Below, piece after piece: positions 58,464 to 64,000 of a stretch of 64,000 nucleotides of DNA. The notes beneath the pieces were generated by a model. The model worked only from the letters and a program-made list of their open reading frames with translations. It made no database searches and was not told where the DNA came from. Source of the stretch: Gemmatimonadota bacterium (lineage in GTDB: Bacteria > Gemmatimonadota > Gemmatimonadetes > Palauibacterales > Palauibacteraceae); assembly GCA_958295535.1 (NCBI GenBank), contig OY282356.1:5976-69975 (forward strand), given 5' to 3'. The translations under genes and the position numbers were made by a program. Positions within the stretch are counted from its first letter, which is position 1. Each line of letters opens with the position of its first letter.

Positions 58464-59048
58464 ATGGTTTGCACCGACTTCCTGAAGCGATACACGGAGT
58501 ATCAAGACGGGCTTCTGGCTCCAGAAGAGCGCGTACGGTTCGACGAGCATCTCGCTAGCTGCGAGGGTTGCAAGCGGTACCATACCGCGCTCGTACGCGG
58601 ACTCGCCCACTGTAGAGAATTGCCGCGCGTCGGCGCCTCGCCGGACTTCCTTCCGCGTCTTCAACACCGTCTGTACCATATCGACGAGGCTGGAAAGAGA
58701 CGCCTGCGGACGCACCTGGACAAGGTGGCCATGGCTGCCGCGGCGGCAGCTCTGGTAGCCGCGATCTGGCTTCCCCTCCGCGGACCGGATGGCAACGAGG
58801 CGATGTTGATGCCGGTTGCCGGAGATGCGCCTGCGGCGGGTACGGCGGTGCAGCCGAGTCTCTTCGACAGCGGTCCCTTCTTGCCGGGTCGGCTACTGGT
58901 GCCGTTCGCCCCGGAGATGCAAGATGAGGGCGGACTGTTTCCCTCCTCGTACGGCAAGACGATGTACGAGATGACGGCAGCGACGGCGACCGACTCCGCT
59001 CCCTCGCCAGTGGTGCGGCTTACCAGCCAGACAGACGAGGCTCGCTGA
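58464..59048 (+). CDS. Zinc-binding anti-sigma factor (ZAS, HxxxCxxC) with one TM helix
   Basis: 'CTDFLKRYTEYQDGLL..EERVRFDEHLASCEGCKRY' putative zinc-finger anti-sigma motif, then TM 'AMAAAAAALVAAIWLPL'. Confidence 0.7.
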   Translation: MVCTDFLKRYTEYQDGLLAPEERVRFDEHLASCEGCKRYHTALVRGLAHCRELPRVGASPDFLPRLQHRLYHIDEAGKRRLRTHLDKVAMAAAAAALVAAIWLPLRGPDGNEAMLMPVAGDAPAAGTAVQPSLFDSGPFLPGRLLVPFAPEMQDEGGLFPSSYGKTMYEMTAATATDSAPSPVVRLTSQTDEAR

Positions 59049-59075
59049 CAGCTCACGCTCCCCCGCCGTAGAGCT

Positions 59076-60083
59076 TTGAGCGGTTCTACCGACCCGCGGC
59101 TGCGGCGCGCCCTGGCAAAGGGGAATCCTGGCGGCGGCTGGTTTCTCCATGGGGACGCAGCCCGCCTGCGGGACGAGGCGGCTCGCGCGCTGGTAGACAG
59201 CGTCCTCGAACCGGCCACGCGCGACTTCAACTTCCAAGAGTTGCAGGCCGAGGATGTAGTCGGCGACGAGCTCGAGTACGCGCTGCGCACGCCGCCCATG
59301 ATGGCTGGGCACCGGGCGATCCTGGTGCGCGATGCGGAGCGTCTCGGCAACAAGGCGCGCGCGGTTCTGCAGAAGGCGGTGGCTGCGCCGGCTTCCGACA
59401 TCGTGCTCGTGATAACCGCCACGATTCCCAGGGGTTCGCGGGCGGCCTTCTACCGCCACCTTAAATCGAAGTGCCGGGCGCTGGAATGGAAGACTCCGCG
59501 CCCTTCGGAAATACCTGGCTGGATAAGGGAGCGCGCTCGCCACAGGTGGAGAATGGAGCTGTCGCCGGCATCGGCCCAATGGATCGCCGGTGCGGTCGGG
59601 GCGGACCTTTCGAGGATCGAAGCCGAGCTCGAAAAGCTGTCGACACTGTCCCCGGACGAGAGGGACGAAGCTTCCATCTCCGCGCTCGTGCCGAGAACCA
59701 GACGGATAGATCGGTGGGCGTGGCTCGATCTCGTGGCTGCGCGAGAGTATGTCCGCGCCTTGCGCGAGTTGGACGATGTGCTCACAACTGAACGTGGCAT
59801 CGGTCTCGTCGCGGGGCTCCTGGAGCATCACCTGCTCATAGGTCTGGCGCTGGAAACCGGGCAGCGCGGCTTGGGGGCGTTCATGTCGGAGACGGGGCGC
59901 GGATACCTTTCCTGGAAGGCGAGAATCTACGCGAGACAGGCGAAGGCATGGACGGTGACGGAGATTGACCGGGCGCTCCGGGCGCTGCGCCGGGCGGACC
60001 GCCACCTCAAGTCCGGCGTGCGCGACAAGGCGGCCATGACGGAGTTGCTGCTGTCGCTGGGAGCGATCGGGAAGACCGCGTGA
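59076..60083 (+). CDS. holA: DNA polymerase III delta subunit
   Basis: Clamp-loader delta fold: 'FLHGDAARLRDEA...', '...AILVRDAERL', C-terminal helical domain. Confidence 0.65.
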   Translation: MSGSTDPRLRRALAKGNPGGGWFLHGDAARLRDEAARALVDSVLEPATRDFNFQELQAEDVVGDELEYALRTPPMMAGHRAILVRDAERLGNKARAVLQKAVAAPASDIVLVITATIPRGSRAAFYRHLKSKCRALEWKTPRPSEIPGWIRERARHRWRMELSPASAQWIAGAVGADLSRIEAELEKLSTLSPDERDEASISALVPRTRRIDRWAWLDLVAAREYVRALRELDDVLTTERGIGLVAGLLEHHLLIGLALETGQRGLGAFMSETGRGYLSWKARIYARQAKAWTVTEIDRALRALRRADRHLKSGVRDKAAMTELLLSLGAIGKTA

Positions 60084-60892
60084 AACGGATACTGGCCTGG
60101 GGGATGCTCTTCGTGCTCCTGCCGCTCTCCGCCGAGGGCGCCGTGGCGGCGGCGGCGCAGGAGGAATCCCTGGTCGGCGGGGAGGCCGTTGGCGCGCTCG
60201 ATCGGTACGCTTCGCAAATTCGGTCCGGGAACACCGCCGGACTTGCCGGCGAGCTCGAGAGGTGGCTTGCGGGAGCGGCCGGGGAATCGCCCGAACGACT
60301 GGGACATGCTCGATACATGAGGGCGCTGCTCATGGCCGACCCCGACTCGGCCAGAGTCGCGCTCCTCGAAGTCGCTCTGGAGGGGAGGTCGTCATACGGC
60401 GCACGCGCCTGGATCCGGCTGGCCCAGCTGGATATCATGTCGGATGAACCGGTCCGCGCCGTAGCGAGCCTCGAACGGTTGCGCGCCGACTACCCGGGCA
60501 GCGCCGCCGCCAGCGCTTCGCGGTATTGGACGGCCCGGGCATTCGAGGACCAGGGCATGCTGAACGAGGCGTGCGACAGCTACATGCAGGCGGCCTATGG
60601 TGCGCGCAACGCCGGCGATGACATCCGGGCTCTCGCCGTGGCCGCCTCGGAGGAGTGCGGCGGCGCTGCGCCTCTCGTGTCCATCCAGGTGGGCGCGTTC
60701 TCGTCTGCCGGGGCGGCGCGCGAGGCTTTGTCGCAGCTGGAGGAGCGAGGATTCTCGGGGCGCGTGTTCGAAGCGGGCGGGCTCTACCGGCTGCGCGTGG
60801 GCCGCTTCGCCAACCCGGAGGCGGTGCGCCGCCTCGCGCGCCGCCTCGAGGATGCCGGTTTCTCCGCCATCGTAGTGGCCGCCGAGTCATGA
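60080..60892 (+). CDS. SPOR-domain (peptidoglycan-binding) protein with TPR-like region
   Basis: Signal peptide. C-terminal 'VSIQVGAFSSAGAAREALSQLEERGFSGRVFEAGGLYRLRVGRFANPEAVRRLARRLEDAGF' SPOR domain. ATGA overlaps on both sides. Confidence 0.7.
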   Translation: MKRILAWGMLFVLLPLSAEGAVAAAAQEESLVGGEAVGALDRYASQIRSGNTAGLAGELERWLAGAAGESPERLGHARYMRALLMADPDSARVALLEVALEGRSSYGARAWIRLAQLDIMSDEPVRAVASLERLRADYPGSAAASASRYWTARAFEDQGMLNEACDSYMQAAYGARNAGDDIRALAVAASEECGGAAPLVSIQVGAFSSAGAAREALSQLEERGFSGRVFEAGGLYRLRVGRFANPEAVRRLARRLEDAGFSAIVVAAES

Positions 60893-63570
60893 CCGCTCCG
60901 ACCGCGCGCCGACCCGCGAAGGCCAACGCGAAAACCAACCTGACGCCCCTGTTGCAGCAGTACCTGGATATCAAGGCCCGCCACCTGGATTCGCTGCTCC
61001 TGTTTCGGGTCGGAGACTTCTACGAGATGTTCTACGAGGACGCCGAAGAGGGGAGCAAGCTGCTCGGCCTGACCCTCACGGCGCGCAAGAACGGCGGCAA
61101 GCGTCACGTCCCGCTCGCCGGCATACCGGTGAAGGCGCTCGACGAACATGTGTCGCGCCTCCTCGAAATGGGGCAGCGCGTAGCGATCTGCGAGCAGCTC
61201 GAAGATCCCGCGCAGGCGGATGGCATTGTGCAGCGGGACGTCGTCGAGGTCATAACCCCCGGCACGGTCCTCGAAGACCGGCTGCTCTCCGCGAAGCTCA
61301 ACAACTATGTCGTCGCCGTCGCCGGCCGGGGCCCCTTCGGAGTCGCGGTCGTCGATCTGTCCACTGGCCAGTTCGAGGTGACGGCGACGCCCGGCGGAGC
61401 CGCCCTTGGCGACGAACTCAAGCGGCTCGACCCGGCCGAGGTCGTCGTCCCGGAGGAGATGCAGCTGCCGGATGGCGCCTGGCACCTGACCCGGCGGCCG
61501 GAGTGGCACTTCGACGCCTCGCTGGGCGAAGAACGCCTCCGCGAGTGGTTCGGCGTGAAATCTACCCGCGGTTTCGGTCTCGTCTACGATCGCGACGGGT
61601 TGCTCATCGCGGCGGGCGGCGCGCTGCTCCGATATCTGGAGGACATCCGGCCCATGGGAATCGGCCACCTGCGCCCCCCGCACGTCGACCGTGCCGGGCG
61701 CGTCATGTATCTGGACGAGATGACGCGCCGGAATCTCGAAATCGTGGAGCCGCTGCGACCGGGGGAGGGATCGTCGCTGCTGGCCGTTCTCGACCGCACC
61801 TTGACACCGATGGGCGCGAGGCTGCTCAGGAGGCGCCTGCTGCGTCCCCTCGTCGTCGCGAGCGAGATCACGGACCGGCTGGACGCCGTGCAGGAGCTCG
61901 TGGACCACGCCGAACTTCGCGGGAAAGTCCGTGACCAGCTCAAGCGCATCCGCGACTTGGAGAGGATTGCGGTCCGCATCTCGGCGGGGCGCGCCTCGCC
62001 TCGCGAGCTGCTCGGCCTCGCCACCTCCATCGAAGCTCTCCCCGGATTGGCGGCGGCGATCTCCAGCGTCGAGTCCGGACGCTTCGCGGAGCTCCGCCGC
62101 GCCTTCGACACGCTCGAGGATGTGGCGGAGCGGATCACGGCGGCGCTAGACCCGGAAGCGCCATACGTCTTGAAGGACGGAGGGGTTATCCGCGCCGGCT
62201 TCTCGGCCCCGCTGGACGCGCTGAGGGGCCAGCGGGGCGACGCGGTCCACTTCATCGCGGGCATGGAGCTCCGCGAGCGCGACCGGACCGGCATCGACAC
62301 TCTCAAGATCGGCTACAACAAGGTGTTCGGGTACTACCTGGAAGTCTCGAAGTCGAAGCTTGGCCTCGTGCCGGACGACTGGACGCGCAGACAGACCCTC
62401 ACGAACGCCGAACGCTACCTCACCTCCGAATTGAAAGAGTGGGAGTTGAAGGCGCTGGGCGCCGCCGACCGGATCATCGAGCTCGAGACCCGGCTTTTCC
62501 AGGAAGTCCGCGAGAGCATCTCGGCCGAGGTCGGGCGAGTGCAGGCGGCCGCCGCGAGAGTGGCGGAGATAGACTTCCTCGCGTGCCTGTCGGAGGTCGC
62601 ATCCGCCGAGGGCTACGCGAGGCCGCAGCTGGCCGACGAGATCGTGTTCGATGTCAAGTCGGGCCGTCACCCGGTGGTGGAAAACACGATGGCCCGGGAA
62701 CGGTTCATCCCGAACGACATGCGGCTCGACCACGACTGCCGGGTCATGATAGTCACGGGTCCCAACATGGCCGGGAAGTCCACCGTGTTGCGCCAGGCGG
62801 GACTCGTCGCGCTGATGGCCCATATGGGATCGTTCGTGCCGGCTCGCCAGGCGCGCATCGGCGTGTGCGATCGCATATTCACCCGCGTCGGCGCCAGCGA
62901 CAACTTGGCCGCGGGGATGAGCACCTTCATGGTCGAGATGACGGAGACGGCCACGATTCTGCACGGGGCGACGGACCGGTCGCTTGTTCTTCTGGACGAG
63001 ATCGGGCGCGGCACGTCCACCTACGACGGGGTGTCGATCGCATGGGCCGTCACCGAGCGGCTGCACGAAGTTGGCGCCCGCACGGTGTTCGCCACGCACT
63101 ACCACGAACTTGTGGGTCTGGCCGAGTCGCTCGAACGGGCGGCGCCCTTCAACGTCGCGGTGCGCGAGACGGGGCGCGGCATCACCTTTCTGTACAACCT
63201 CGAACCAGGGGGAACGAACCGTTCGTACGGTGTGCACGTAGCCCGTCTGGCGGGTCTGCCGGCGGGCGTCGTCGATCGCGCCGCCGACATACTCGGCTTC
63301 CTGGAGAGCGGACCGCGGGGAGCCGGCAGCCGCGCCGCCGGGATCGCGGGCTTCGACGCGGACCAGCTGTCGCTCTTCGCGGCTGCCGGGTTCCCCGGCG
63401 GAGACGCCCCGCCGGCTCCCCGCGCCCAAGAGGCTTCGGCGGACGCCAAGGCGGCCCTGGAGCTGCGTAGCAGGCTGGAGCAGCTCGATGTCGATCACCT
63501 CACGCCAGTCGGCGCGCTGAACACTCTAGCCGAGTGGAAAGCCAGCTACGGCGAGGGCGGCTCGCAGTGA
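60889..63570 (+). CDS. mutS: DNA mismatch repair protein MutS
   Basis: N-terminal mismatch-binding domain 'TPLLQQYLDIKARH...FYEMFYEDAEE', Walker A 'GPNMAGKST', 'STFMVEMTE', 'DEIGRGTSTYDG'. ATG 60889 preferred over track start 60655. Confidence 0.93.
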   Translation: MTAPTARRPAKANAKTNLTPLLQQYLDIKARHLDSLLLFRVGDFYEMFYEDAEEGSKLLGLTLTARKNGGKRHVPLAGIPVKALDEHVSRLLEMGQRVAICEQLEDPAQADGIVQRDVVEVITPGTVLEDRLLSAKLNNYVVAVAGRGPFGVAVVDLSTGQFEVTATPGGAALGDELKRLDPAEVVVPEEMQLPDGAWHLTRRPEWHFDASLGEERLREWFGVKSTRGFGLVYDRDGLLIAAGGALLRYLEDIRPMGIGHLRPPHVDRAGRVMYLDEMTRRNLEIVEPLRPGEGSSLLAVLDRTLTPMGARLLRRRLLRPLVVASEITDRLDAVQELVDHAELRGKVRDQLKRIRDLERIAVRISAGRASPRELLGLATSIEALPGLAAAISSVESGRFAELRRAFDTLEDVAERITAALDPEAPYVLKDGGVIRAGFSAPLDALRGQRGDAVHFIAGMELRERDRTGIDTLKIGYNKVFGYYLEVSKSKLGLVPDDWTRRQTLTNAERYLTSELKEWELKALGAADRIIELETRLFQEVRESISAEVGRVQAAAARVAEIDFLACLSEVASAEGYARPQLADEIVFDVKSGRHPVVENTMARERFIPNDMRLDHDCRVMIVTGPNMAGKSTVLRQAGLVALMAHMGSFVPARQARIGVCDRIFTRVGASDNLAAGMSTFMVEMTETATILHGATDRSLVLLDEIGRGTSTYDGVSIAWAVTERLHEVGARTVFATHYHELVGLAESLERAAPFNVAVRETGRGITFLYNLEPGGTNRSYGVHVARLAGLPAGVVDRAADILGFLESGPRGAGSRAAGIAGFDADQLSLFAAAGFPGGDAPPAPRAQEASADAKAALELRSRLEQLDVDHLTPVGALNTLAEWKASYGEGGSQ

Positions 63571-63687
63571 AGGTCGCGGAAACGCGCGGCTTCGGGGCTG
63601 TCCGGCCTCGGCGCACGAGGGCTGTCCGGCCCCGGCGCAAGCTCCGCGCGGGGCCGGCGCGCCGGGCACAGGGCGAAGGCGCGCGCG

Positions 63688-64000
63688 ATGACTGAGAGCC
63701 GGGTCCGGGTCGGCGTTCTTTTCGGAGGCGAATCTGCCGAGCACGAAGTCTCGCTCGAGTCGGCGCGCAACGTGATCAAGGCGATCGACCGCGACAGGTA
63801 CGAAGTCGTCGCGATCGGCATAGACCGGCAGGGCCGCTGGTACCGAGCGGACGAGCGAAGCTTCCTGGCGCGGAGTTCGAACTACCGGGAAGGCTACTCC
63901 AAACCCGCCGGCGAGCCCGCTCTCGCCGTCGCGCCCGGCCAGGGCGTCAACCGCCTCTCGCTCGACGTCGTCTTCCCGGTGCTGCACGGTCCGCGCGGGG
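63688..64000 (+). CDS. ddl: D-alanine--D-alanine ligase, N-terminal part (3'-truncated by window end)
   Basis: 'RVGVLFGGESAEHEVSLESARNVIKAID...YEVVAIGIDRQGRW' is the typical Ddl N-terminus. No stop codon before the window end. Confidence 0.75.
   Translation, partial: MTESRVRVGVLFGGESAEHEVSLESARNVIKAIDRDRYEVVAIGIDRQGRWYRADERSFLARSSNYREGYSKPAGEPALAVAPGQGVNRLSLDVVFPVLHGPRG

Noticed and set aside
61503-63498. ORFs 60784..61908(-), 61584..62306(-), 62146..63498(-) inside mutS
   Set aside because: Antisense shadow ORFs within a strongly supported mutS frame.

Overview
High-GC (~68%) bacterial chromosomal segment. The gene content (SusC/SusD-like pair, FG-GAP/ASPIC giant lipoprotein, Tat-secreted amidase, many lipoproteins) resembles a Gemmatimonadota/Acidobacteria-type genome; this is inference, not a database result. 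Most of the window is housekeeping: PBP1A, tyrS, folK, aroB, mpg, DEAD-box helicase, ggt, folE, fadD-like ligase, cutA, GCDH, mmuM, CBS, two M16 peptidases, Nudix, an ECF sigma factor with a ZAS anti-sigma, holA, mutS and the start of ddl. Two RNA genes absent from the ORF track were found by reading the sequence: an RNase P RNA (~51531-51913) and a tRNA-Arg(UCG) (43110-43183, minus strand). The candidates for something less described are these. (1) A large NYN-nuclease + 2x OST-HTH/LOTUS + Ala/Lys/Pro-rich tandem-repeat + HhH protein, immediately followed by a 3-methyladenine glycosylase. (2) An ECF sigma / ZAS anti-sigma pair split by a ~1.8 kb lower-GC insert, with the 3' end of the sigma gene duplicated. 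(3) A His/Asp/Glu-rich TonB-dependent receptor (ZnuD-like) with tandem direct-repeat operator-like sites upstream. (4) A lower-GC islet plus repeats around folE. (5) Many intergenic tandem or direct repeats of 15-70 bp, several sitting exactly on gene 5' or 3' ends and duplicating them. The ORF track contains many long antisense 'shadow' ORFs typical of high-GC DNA; these were rejected. No CRISPR array, transposase or integrase was seen. All CDS starts should be taken as approximate, because the ORF track uses ATG/GTG/TTG starts.
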